Origin: a virus
Strand: one strand, 5' to 3'
Virus record (IMG/VR): IMGVR_UViG_3300038468_000170
Coordinates: 1 to 64,000 of that record
Length of the DNA stretch: 64,000 nt
In this document: piece after piece, positions 47,227-55,494 of the stretch
How positions within the stretch are numbered: position 1 is the first letter of the stretch
Layout: each line of letters starts with the position of its first letter
Notes under the pieces: model-generated
What the model was told of the DNA's origin: nothing
The model's input: the letters and a program-made list of their open reading frames with translations, nothing else
Databases searched by the model: none
Translations under genes and position numbers: made by a program

Positions 47227-49466
47227 CCCAAGCTCACGGAACGTTCCGATATCTCGAGCACATCTTCGGCGTCGGTGACGCGAGCTCGAACCTCATCGCT
47301 GCGGCGCTCAAGGCGAGCATGCCGAAGCAAGATCTATCGACGCCTCCGCCTGGCGCAAAGGTCTGGCCGGCGGCCGACTGGCAGAGCGGCGCAGCTCAGA
47401 AAAAGGGCGCGAAGATCGGCGACTACATTGACTGGGGGCCGAATCACACCGTGCTCACCCCATTGCCAGGCGGCGGCTACGCGAACGTACCCACGCCTCG
47501 CTACGCGCTCATCACGCCGCATCAAGAAGGGATCTTCGACAAAGTAGGTAGCACCATCGAAGGGGTCGGCCGTGCAGTAGGAAACGCCGTGACTTCGGCC
47601 GGACAAGCCGCCGGACAAGCCGCTGGCACCGTTGCGAAGATCGCCGGTAGCGCCGCGCAGGAGACACAGAAGGCCCTCACGTCAGGCGCGAAGTTCGTCG
47701 CGAAAGCCGGCGGCGACGTCGGCAAGTTCGTTGCGGAACAAGCACAGAACTTCGCAAAGGACCCGATTGGACAGCTCACGAAGGTCGCGACGACCGGAGG
47801 TCTTAGTCTCGTCGGCGTGCATCCCGAAGAAATCCTGAACAAGGCTGGCATCCCCTCGCCCGATCAAATCCTGCAACACCTCGGCCTGCCGCCGACCTCG
47901 GCGATCGTCCACGAGGTCTACACGGACGTCACACAGCCTCAGGTACTCCTGCAAAAGATCCCTGGGATCGGAAAGCTCGCGAAGTTCATTCCTGCGATGC
48001 CGGATCCCACGCAGATCGCCGGTAACCTCGTCAATTCCGCACTCTCGGGCGACATCCAGGCGGTCAAGACGCAAGCGCTCGAAGTCGGGCACCAGATCGC
48101 CGACGCTATCACGATGGTGCCGGGCGTCGGCAACGCCATCGGGGCGCCGCTCGCCGCAGCGATCGAGCTCATCGAGACCGGCAGCGCCCTCAAGGCAGCA
48201 CTCGAACTCCTGCTCTCGCAAGTGCCCGGCATCCCGCCGCCGGTCCGCGACATCCTCCGCGCAACGCTCGATGGCATCGCCGACATCATCGAACAGGAGA
48301 AGGCCGTCACCGACGTCCTCATCGCTCAGTTCAAACAGGGCGTTCTCGATCAAGTGAAGAAAACGGGAGTCCCTGACGAGGTCTCCGGACTCGTCAACAA
48401 CATACTCGACGGCGCCGTGCAGGTGATCCTCCACCACAAGCCGCTCGACCGCGCTGCACTCGATCTTGCCGAAACGGGGATCAAGAAAGCCGTGAGCAAG
48501 CTCGGCGCGACTCCCGAGGTGCAGCAAGCACAGAAAGCGCTCGCGGATCTGAAGAACGTCTACAAGGGAATCGACACTATCCACGCGCTCACGCAGGGGA
48601 TCGTCCAGCTCGAGAAGCAGGACGCTCAGAAGAAAGACCCCGTCGTCCAGAAGAAGATTGCCGACATCAAAGCGGCCATCGAGGGGCAGAGGCTCCTTAC
48701 GCAGGCCGCCGCCAAGCAAGCCAAAAGCAAGCCCCCTGCGTTGCGCTCTGCGGCGCCTTCGAAGGTGCCCCCGGCGCTGCGGTCTGCCGCACCTGCCCCG
48801 CCCGCCGTCCCGACGCTCCCTGTGCCCCCGCCGGCCCCTCAAGCGTCGACAGGGCCGACCTACGGCCCCTATCCTCCCATGAAGCCCGGCGTCCACGGGC
48901 TTGGCGCGAGCGACGCCTGGCGTTGGTTCGCGCTCTTCTCGAACGGGGCGCTCATCGCCGAACAGGGCCCCCTGTGGCTTTCCGACACCGACGCCGAACG
49001 CACCGCGGCAGATTGGCTGGAAGCGTCTCAAGGCAGGGGCTACATCGGCACCGTGTCGCGGTGGGACTGGGATGGCAAGAGCTGGCGGCAAGCGTCCGGT
49101 GCACTCAGCGCTCCGCCGCCGCACCCACACGGCGGTGGAGGCCATCACGGAGGAGGAGGCCACCATGGCGGTGGCGGACATGGCGGAGCCCGTGTCTTCC
49201 GCGGGGGCAGAGCGATCCCCGGATGGTGGGGGCCGTGGTGGGGCACCCCCTGGTCCCCCGAAGTCGTCACGACGACCGAGACCTGCCAGACCTGGGGCGA
49301 CCCCATCGAGATGCCGCCCGCGATGCAGAGGGCGGCACGCGCGGCGCTCGGCGCCTCGAAAGGAAACCCGACGGCGGTACGAGGCCCGGACAACGTCCTC
49401 TACTTGTTCGCGTTCGAGGGCAACGACGTAACGGCGCGGCCCTGCGCGGCTGTAGCGACTTCCTGA
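47223..49466 (+). CDS. Large helical putative virion protein with His/Gly repeat
   Basis: Ala/Gly amphipathic helices, Pro-rich linker, HGGGGH repeats. Confidence 0.65.
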   Translation: MTQAHGTFRYLEHIFGVGDASSNLIAAALKASMPKQDLSTPPPGAKVWPAADWQSGAAQKKGAKIGDYIDWGPNHTVLTPLPGGGYANVPTPRYALITPHQEGIFDKVGSTIEGVGRAVGNAVTSAGQAAGQAAGTVAKIAGSAAQETQKALTSGAKFVAKAGGDVGKFVAEQAQNFAKDPIGQLTKVATTGGLSLVGVHPEEILNKAGIPSPDQILQHLGLPPTSAIVHEVYTDVTQPQVLLQKIPGIGKLAKFIPAMPDPTQIAGNLVNSALSGDIQAVKTQALEVGHQIADAITMVPGVGNAIGAPLAAAIELIETGSALKAALELLLSQVPGIPPPVRDILRATLDGIADIIEQEKAVTDVLIAQFKQGVLDQVKKTGVPDEVSGLVNNILDGAVQVILHHKPLDRAALDLAETGIKKAVSKLGATPEVQQAQKALADLKNVYKGIDTIHALTQGIVQLEKQDAQKKDPVVQKKIADIKAAIEGQRLLTQAAAKQAKSKPPALRSAAPSKVPPALRSAAPAPPAVPTLPVPPPAPQASTGPTYGPYPPMKPGVHGLGASDAWRWFALFSNGALIAEQGPLWLSDTDAERTAADWLEASQGRGYIGTVSRWDWDGKSWRQASGALSAPPPHPHGGGGHHGGGGHHGGGGHGGARVFRGGRAIPGWWGPWWGTPWSPEVVTTTETCQTWGDPIEMPPAMQRAARAALGASKGNPTAVRGPDNVLYLFAFEGNDVTARPCAAVATS

Positions 49467-49608
49467 CGAGGGCGCTCCATGGTGCGGAGCTCTACGGTGC
49501 AGCCGTCGCAATAGCCGCTGTAGGGGCGCGCGCTGTCGAAGTACCGCAACCGGTGGCAGCGCCGGCAGATCGATCGCCTTTTCGCCATCGGTCCGCTATC
49601 CTATCCCC

Positions 49609-49812
49609 ATGGCCAGGAAGAGCAAACACCACGCGCCCGGATGGCTCCCGTTCGCGTTGGCAGCGTCGGCCGTGACGGCGCTCGTTGCCGGGGCGCGCGC
49701 CGGCTGGAAGCTCTCTGGCGAGGCAAAGGCTCCGGCACCAGCATCGCCCTCGAGCACGCAGAAGGCGGGCGTCTTGCAAGACTGGGCGAGCGGCGTCGTC
49801 TATCGGGCCTGA
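49609..49812 (+). CDS. Small membrane protein
   Basis: Basic N-terminus plus TM helix. Confidence 0.55.
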   Translation: MARKSKHHAPGWLPFALAASAVTALVAGARAGWKLSGEAKAPAPASPSSTQKAGVLQDWASGVVYRA

Positions 49813-49816
49813 AAGC

Positions 49817-49845
49817 GAAACGGCCCGGGATCTCCGAGCCGTTTC
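49817..49845 (-). terminator. Intrinsic terminator downstream of tmRNA (possibly bidirectional)
   Basis: GAAACGGC...GCCGTTTC stem; minus strand continues TTTCGCTTTC. Confidence 0.6.
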
Positions 49846-49901
49846 AGGGGCGAAGGACTGTCGGGCCCTTCTGCCTCCACCACGCCCCAGGAAAGGGGCG
49901 G

Positions 49902-50273
49902 TGGAGCCGCCGGGTAGCGAGCCCGGGTCCGCGAGATGTCCAGACGATCTTCGTTCACGTGCCGTAGCCGATGAACGTCACCGGCACCGTTGCTCGCCCC
50001 GTATCGCGGGAGACAAGCGTTCCTCGTGGCCTTCATTACCGATCGGACGACAGCCTAGCGTTATCCCAAGTGGGCGCCTTCGTACGATCCGGGCTCGTGA
50101 GGTTCGTGCCGGCGAGCTACTCGAGCTCCTCGCTCGCCAACAGATCAGGCCGCCACGCGGACGGACGGATCGATTGCGTTGTCGTTCGCAACTGACGTTT
50201 GCCCTCGTGAAGTGAGCGGCATCCCTGGCACGCAGACCTTCCTTTCATTCCCACGTCGAATCAATTCGGCCCC
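49902..50273 (-). ncRNA. ssrA: tmRNA (transfer-messenger RNA), tag peptide ANDNAIDPSVRVAA
   Basis: 5' GGGGCCGAATTGATTCGAC; 3' GGACCCGGG-CTCGCTA-CCCGG-CGGCTCC-A; 7-bp acceptor stem with G3.U Ala identity pair; tag ORF 50189-50145 starts ANDN and ends AA*; ~372 nt. Confidence 0.93.
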
Positions 50274-50286
50274 GTAGGTAATTCGA

Positions 50287-50315
50287 AGCGTAGATCTAGC
50301 GAGTTCGTGATGCAA
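50287..50315 (-). promoter_or_regulatory. Sigma70-type promoter of tmRNA
   Basis: TTGCAT-17 bp-TACGCT ending 13 nt upstream of the mature 5' end. Confidence 0.65.
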
Positions 50316-50335
50316 GTCGCGCGCAAATCCGCAGC

Positions 50336-50629
50336 TCACAGCTTCGGTTTCTCGAAACGGACGTTGCCGTCATCCTCGCCCCAAACGCGCTTGTACGTGA
50401 ACAGCACTGCTTTCAGGCCCTCTTTCTTTTGCCGTTCGAAGCAGGCAGCGCAGAACACCAAGTAGTGCACCTCGCCGACGTCCGGTACGTTCAACGCCTC
50501 TGGGTAGTACAGCACGTCGTTCACGAGTATGTCGGGTCCGTGCTCGCAGCCGAGCATCACATCTCCGACTTTCGGCTGCACGTTGGACATCCGATGCTTT
50601 TGCAAAAACCCCCAGCTCATTTTTCCCAC
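50336..50629 (-). CDS. Hypothetical protein (CxH...CxxC)
   Basis: ORF in the minus-strand operon. Confidence 0.6.
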   Translation of the reverse strand: MGKMSWGFLQKHRMSNVQPKVGDVMLGCEHGPDILVNDVLYYPEALNVPDVGEVHYLVFCAACFERQKKEGLKAVLFTYKRVWGEDDGNVRFEKPKL

Positions 50630-50955
50630 GGTAGCCTCACCTTCGCCGCCCTCTCGCGCATCTCCGTCTGCCGTGCCGGCGACAGTTTCGAGAACAGGTT
50701 CGCCGGCTTCTCGTCTGGTCGCTCACGCTTTCGTAGATCGACCGCGTGCCAGATGTCCTTGATCTTCGCGCGCTGTTTCTCCGAAAACTCGAGCGTGCGG
50801 TCGTGTTGCTCACGGACGCTCTTGATGAACTCACGCTCCCAGTCCGAGAAGTAGACGCCGCCACGTTCGGGCGGAACGTCGACCAGCTCTTCGAGATCGG
50901 AGAGCTCCTTCAGCGCGGCCGTGTCTTTCCGGAGTTCGAGGATGGTGTCGGTCAC
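50617..50955 (-). CDS. Hypothetical phage protein
   Basis: SDWEREFIKSV...FSEKQ motif. Confidence 0.65.
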   Translation of the reverse strand: MTDTILELRKDTAALKELSDLEELVDVPPERGGVYFSDWEREFIKSVREQHDRTLEFSEKQRAKIKDIWHAVDLRKRERPDEKPANLFSKLSPARQTEMRERAAKVRLPWEK

Positions 50956-51269
50956 GGCTTGATCTCCTCACATCCGCACTTCTCGATGCCGACGCCGCTG
51001 CTCGAGAGCCACGTGTCGAGGAACGCTTCGGCCGCCCTGAGCGCCTGAGCGAGACCTTCGTACTTGTCCCCAATGATCTTGTGCGAGTGGTTACCGAACA
51101 CCGAGTCGAGCGTTGCTGGTCCGTTGTTGACGTCCGTTTCGAGAGCGACGGCGACCCACTCTAGCTTGTTCATGCGCTGCACAATCAAGCCGAGCGTTTT
51201 TCCGTCGGCGCGTATCGCCGTCTTGCGTAAAACAGCGTCCTGTTCCCAGTCCGTGATCGACATCTTCAT
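50952..51269 (-). CDS. Hypothetical protein
   Basis: GGAG RBS, overlap coupling. Confidence 0.65.
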   Translation of the reverse strand: MKMSITDWEQDAVLRKTAIRADGKTLGLIVQRMNKLEWVAVALETDVNNGPATLDSVFGNHSHKIIGDKYEGLAQALRAAEAFLDTWLSSSGVGIEKCGCEEIKP

Positions 51270-51333
51270 CTTCGCTGCTCCCTAGCGCATTGCCATATTA
51301 CGCAGAGGCGATCGAACCAACTCTCGCCCTGAT

Positions 51334-51570
51334 TCATGACGACAGCTCCACGACCATGCGCGCGATCTCCTTTTCAGTGCGAGCTCGACCACCGCTCAAG
51401 ACGTTGCCGATCGTGTTCGGATCGCGCAGCGCTTCGCGAAATGCCTCGGCATGTCGCGTGCAACGACGGCCCATGACCGTTTCATGCGTTGCAGGTTCCT
51501 GACAGCGAGGGCCGCCGAGCGATGCGCCGTCACGAAGGGCCATGCAGCGGGAGCGGTCGATCTTCGTCAT
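51334..51570 (-). CDS. Small zinc-binding hypothetical protein
   Basis: C...C...CxxH; start at MTKIDRS. Confidence 0.55.
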   Translation of the reverse strand: MTKIDRSRCMALRDGASLGGPRCQEPATHETVMGRRCTRHAEAFREALRDPNTIGNVLSGGRARTEKEIARMVVELSS

Positions 51571-51574
51571 GGTG

Positions 51575-51991
51575 TTAATCTCCCGCGAACCGTTTGTATC
51601 GCTCCACCTTTTGGAAGTGTTCCTCGCAGATACGGAGCTTGTGCCCATTGGAATCGACCGTGCGTGTAGCTTGGTTCGGGCACGGCCGCCATCGCTTCGC
51701 GCCGTCCACGCCGACATGCGGCTTGTCGATCGGATCCATGCAGAGTTCGCACTTGCTGTCTTGAAACACGGCCTCCGACCCGACCTTGAGACCAAGCGCG
51801 AACGGATCATCGGTGGGGGTGCCTACGAGCGCATGCCGCGAGTCTTCCCGGTCGAGTGCGTCTCGGAGCAGCTTGCGCAATGGCGGTGAGTGGCGCATCA
51901 CCAAATTGATCAGCTTCACGCCGAAGAGCGCTGTCAGCGCAATGCCCCCGAAGAACGCGATGAGCAGCGCAAGGATTTTTTCGGCCATCAC
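51575..51991 (-). CDS. Membrane-anchored protein with Cys cluster
   Basis: N-terminal TM; CELC...C...CEEH. Confidence 0.6.
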   Translation of the reverse strand: MMAEKILALLIAFFGGIALTALFGVKLINLVMRHSPPLRKLLRDALDREDSRHALVGTPTDDPFALGLKVGSEAVFQDSKCELCMDPIDKPHVGVDGAKRWRPCPNQATRTVDSNGHKLRICEEHFQKVERYKRFAGD

Positions 51992-51995
51992 TTAT

Positions 51996-53087
51996 TTACC
52001 TCTCGTTCATCCGGGCCACGAGCCCCTTCACATTACGCATCTTCTCGAAGATCGAGTTCTTGTCTCGCTTGTCATATCGCGCGGTCGTCTCTGGCGACTC
52101 GTGCCCCATGAGTACTTGCACCAGACGAATATCGAACCCTTCGTCGAGTAGCCGTGTCGCGAACGTTCTCCGAAAATCGTGCGGCCCAGTGACTACCTGA
52201 AGACAGCGACATCCCTTGTTACACTTCTTGCGGTCGCCAAATGCGAGATGAGACCCGTCTCGCACGAGCGCCCAGAAGCTCCATGGCGAGAGTTGCCTCT
52301 CTGGAAGTTCTGGGGAACAGAACACGGAGTCGTGCATCGGAGCGAGATCCGTACGCTTCTCGAGCCACTCCTCCATGGCCTCCTGAACCTCGGCGATGAT
52401 GGGCACCTCGCGCTGCTTGTTGCCCTTGCCGATGATCGAGAGATTCTCCGGGCCAAAACCTTCGAGCGTCAGACGACCCACCTCTTCACGCCTGAGACCG
52501 GTACCGATCGACGTCGCCACGGTGGCATCCAGAAGCGCGCCCCGATACCCGCTTAGATCACGCGCGACCTCGCGCAGACGCTTTTCCTCCGTCAGTGTGA
52601 GTGCGCGCCCTCGCGGCACGCGAGACCCCGGGATCCGTTTCAGGACGCCCCTGGAATCGACGAGCTTGTACTGATCGCTCGTGATCATCTTCATGCCGTC
52701 CAACGTACGAATAAGTCCTCGCAAATGACTCAGCGTGAGGTTCGCTGTCCCGGGCGAGATCTCGCCGGCAAGTGTTGCGTCGTACAGCAATACTCGAATT
52801 CTGGTGGCGAGCGCGTAGTCGATGAGAGGCCACGGGAACAACTCCACGTTCCCGTTACCCCCCATCAGAAGCCGTGCGAGTCGCCGGAGCGCATCCAACG
52901 CCGTCTGCTTACTGCGAGGGGAGAGCTGCCCCCTGACGTACTCCCGAACGGCCTTTGCCCCGCGGTGAGCGGCTTCTTCTAGCGTCGACAGGTCCAAGCG
53001 CGCGTCGAAGCGTTCGACGAGTTCGATCGCCCCGCCGGGGGACAGGACGACGTCGTCGACCGGAGGTTTACCTACATCACCTGACAC
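51996..53087 (-). CDS. Tyrosine integrase/recombinase (XerC/D-like)
   Basis: GLRREE, GKGNKQR, HDFRRTFAT, MGHES...TARY. Confidence 0.93.
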   Translation of the reverse strand: MSGDVGKPPVDDVVLSPGGAIELVERFDARLDLSTLEEAAHRGAKAVREYVRGQLSPRSKQTALDALRRLARLLMGGNGNVELFPWPLIDYALATRIRVLLYDATLAGEISPGTANLTLSHLRGLIRTLDGMKMITSDQYKLVDSRGVLKRIPGSRVPRGRALTLTEEKRLREVARDLSGYRGALLDATVATSIGTGLRREEVGRLTLEGFGPENLSIIGKGNKQREVPIIAEVQEAMEEWLEKRTDLAPMHDSVFCSPELPERQLSPWSFWALVRDGSHLAFGDRKKCNKGCRCLQVVTGPHDFRRTFATRLLDEGFDIRLVQVLMGHESPETTARYDKRDKNSIFEKMRNVKGLVARMNER

Positions 53088-53288
53088 GGCCCAATCTTAG
53101 TGTGCAAAGGTTGGCGGGTCAAGAGCGATCTGAGGCTCCCCCACACCCGTCGCGTGCACATCGCGACGCGCGCCATAGCCGGTTCGTCGGAGGGGTTTCG
53201 CGGGGAAAATGAGAGGTCCGCACAGGGCGAACGAAAGGACCCGTCCCTCAAGCAGACGAAGACAGGGTCCTCGGTGTACTCTTTCCCC

Positions 53289-54752
53289 ATGCCGAATCAG
53301 ATCGTTCTCGCGTGGACCGTCGACACCACGAACACTCCTCTCGGCCCCGCCGGGGCAGCGACGGCCCTCGGAGCCGTACCACTCTACGTCGATACCACGA
53401 CCGACCCAGTTCTCGGTCAACTTTACGGGCTCACCGTCGCGAGCGACGTATCGGCGCCGTCCGGACCGACGCAAGCGACGCGCACGCTGACGCTCAACAT
53501 AGACTCCGGACACGTTCCGGCAGCACCGCCGCCGTTTCCGTGTCACCCGCGCACTTCGACGCCGCCCGTCTTGCCGTATCCGCTTCGCGCCACGAAAACG
53601 CTCCCGGGATCGTTCTTCGTTCAAACCGGGTCGATGGTCGTAGCCGTTTCACAGACTCAGATCCCGTCGCTCTCTATCGGCGACAACATTCAGTTCCTCT
53701 CCGAGGAAGGAGTCTTCTACGTGGTCGGGGCGGTTGGCTCGACGTCGATCGGAATCACGACGCCGTACACCGGCGTGTCGGCAAACACGAGCGCGTTCAA
53801 AGAGGTCGTTGCCCCCGCGAAGATCGCGGCAGTCTTCTCAACGTCGCCGCTCGACACCGCTGGAGTCGCGACCGTGCCAGCGATTCCGGTTGGCCCCGGT
53901 GCGCAATCAGTCACGCTGACCTACAAAGACTCGAACGGCGTCTCCAACACGCTCGTCATTCCGCTGACCGGTAGACGCCCAGCACTTATCGCGCTCCCGA
54001 CTGCTCCGGCCGCAGGCTTCGACATCGCCGAGATCGACAGCTTCACCGTCTCTGCTGCGGGTACTTTCGGAAGCAGCGTAGGACAGATCACGCTCGTTTC
54101 GCTCGAGAGCGCACTCCCGGCAATCCCGTCGAACGCAACTCCCACCGACTTCAAAGGGCCGCTCACCGACGAGGCACAGATGCTCATCGACCGAGCGCTC
54201 GTCTATTTGCCGCCGAGCTACTTCTCGCTCGCTGGGCAACAAGCAAGCACGCCGCAACTTGCTGGAGACTTCATCGTCACGACCGGCTCGACGAGCGTGC
54301 CTACGACGGTCGACCAGACCGGTGCACTCGCTCCAGGAGACATCATCCAGTTCGCTTCGCAACTCGACGTGTTCTACACCATCGCCACGGTGGCCCCGGG
54401 ACTCGTGAAGCTCACGACGCCGTACACCGGCATCGACGACAACTTCACCGGAACAAACAATGAAGGGACCAACAGCAACCGAGGGACCATGGGTAACCTC
54501 GGAGACAAGGTCACCAAGACGACGGGAGCGTTCCTCGTGAACCCGTCGCCGGCCGCTCCACCAAGCAACACCGAGCTCGCGGAGCCGCTCGGACAGTTCG
54601 TCGCGCTCGAGACGGCGGGACCCCCTCCGAATCCGCCGCTCGATCCGGCGACGGTGCCGGTGCCGACATTCCTCTCCGGACTCTTCACGCGAACGCTTCA
54701 GGTCGCGCTCGCGGGGGTGCCGGTCGTGCCGCAGACCATCACGTTCGTCTGA
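53289..54752 (+). CDS. Putative virion spike/fibre protein with a duplicated ~60-aa beta domain
   Basis: Two copies of F.V.TGS..V...Q...L..GD.IQF.S...VFY....V.......TTPYTG. Confidence 0.65.
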   Translation: MPNQIVLAWTVDTTNTPLGPAGAATALGAVPLYVDTTTDPVLGQLYGLTVASDVSAPSGPTQATRTLTLNIDSGHVPAAPPPFPCHPRTSTPPVLPYPLRATKTLPGSFFVQTGSMVVAVSQTQIPSLSIGDNIQFLSEEGVFYVVGAVGSTSIGITTPYTGVSANTSAFKEVVAPAKIAAVFSTSPLDTAGVATVPAIPVGPGAQSVTLTYKDSNGVSNTLVIPLTGRRPALIALPTAPAAGFDIAEIDSFTVSAAGTFGSSVGQITLVSLESALPAIPSNATPTDFKGPLTDEAQMLIDRALVYLPPSYFSLAGQQASTPQLAGDFIVTTGSTSVPTTVDQTGALAPGDIIQFASQLDVFYTIATVAPGLVKLTTPYTGIDDNFTGTNNEGTNSNRGTMGNLGDKVTKTTGAFLVNPSPAAPPSNTELAEPLGQFVALETAGPPPNPPLDPATVPVPTFLSGLFTRTLQVALAGVPVVPQTITFV

Positions 54753-54770
54753 CGTCTGACATACACAGGA

Positions 54771-55262
54771 CTACTTTCCTTCTCGCTCACCTAGCAGAGC
54801 TAGGATTGCATCTCGACACGCCATCGCCATGGACTGATCTCGCGCGTACGTAGCGATCTCGTTTCGGTTGATCGCTTTCTCTCGGTCTAACTTCGCAAGC
54901 TGCGCGAAGTGATCACACACGTTTGCGGCCGAACGAAATGCGGCATCTACTTTGGCAGCCATCGGCTCTTTCGTATGCGTGTGTGGCGCACCGATACGCT
55001 CCGACCTTCCGTCCGGCCGCGGGCCGTCGCCCTTCTCGCAAAGTTCGAAGAAGTGGCGAAGCCTCCGGACATCTAACGCCCCGCACTTTACCGCCTCTTC
55101 GAGAAGTAGTGCGACCCAGTGCTCCGCACCGGTCTGGAATTCGAGACTCGCACAAAGGTATCGGTAATCGACCTCGAGTCTGCCAGAGAACCATCGCGAG
55201 CTTTCAGACTCGCCAGGGAGGAACTGGATCCGGACCTGCGTGTGTTCTGTTCGATCGATCAT
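54771..55262 (-). CDS. Hypothetical protein
   Basis: GAGGAGG RBS; start at MIDRTE. Confidence 0.55.
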   Translation of the reverse strand: MIDRTEHTQVRIQFLPGESESSRWFSGRLEVDYRYLCASLEFQTGAEHWVALLLEEAVKCGALDVRRLRHFFELCEKGDGPRPDGRSERIGAPHTHTKEPMAAKVDAAFRSAANVCDHFAQLAKLDREKAINRNEIATYARDQSMAMACRDAILALLGEREGK

Positions 55263-55465
55263 AGCGGATGGTCCTCCTCTCCCGGATCGGGCACTGGAAG
55301 TCCAGCTTGCAAAAGATTGTCTAGCACAGCGCCAGCCGCACCCAGACCGCCAGCGAACACGCACAACTCGATCGTGGGCGCCTCTTTGAGCACGGCTTCG
55401 GCAAGCGTATCTACTTCGGAACGAATCTTCTTGACGCAATCGTAAAACTCTTCGGCCTTTGACAT
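55259..55465 (-). CDS. Hypothetical protein
   Basis: AAGGA RBS. Confidence 0.6.
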   Translation of the reverse strand: MSKAEEFYDCVKKIRSEVDTLAEAVLKEAPTIELCVFAGGLGAAGAVLDNLLQAGLPVPDPGEEDHPL

Positions 55466-55494
55466 TGGCTAGTTCCTTCCTATTTCCCTCCCGA

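Noticed and set aside
47223-49466. Tape measure protein of a tailed phage
   Set aside because: No neighbouring tail tube, chaperone or baseplate genes recognised.
47682-49511. Long antisense ORFs (also 20431-21897, 24113-25465, 7437-8699, 61034-62188)
   Set aside because: Shadow frames of GC-rich genes; Arg/Gly-biased with no motifs, and they overlap better-supported CDSs.
49902-50273. tmRNA as a host gene marking a prophage boundary
   Set aside because: Both flanks are viral in content and no duplicated 3' fragment in the same orientation was seen in the window.
50145-50339. 64-aa ORF on the minus strand
   Set aside because: Its end is the tmRNA tag frame; the rest overlaps the tmRNA 5' domain and promoter.
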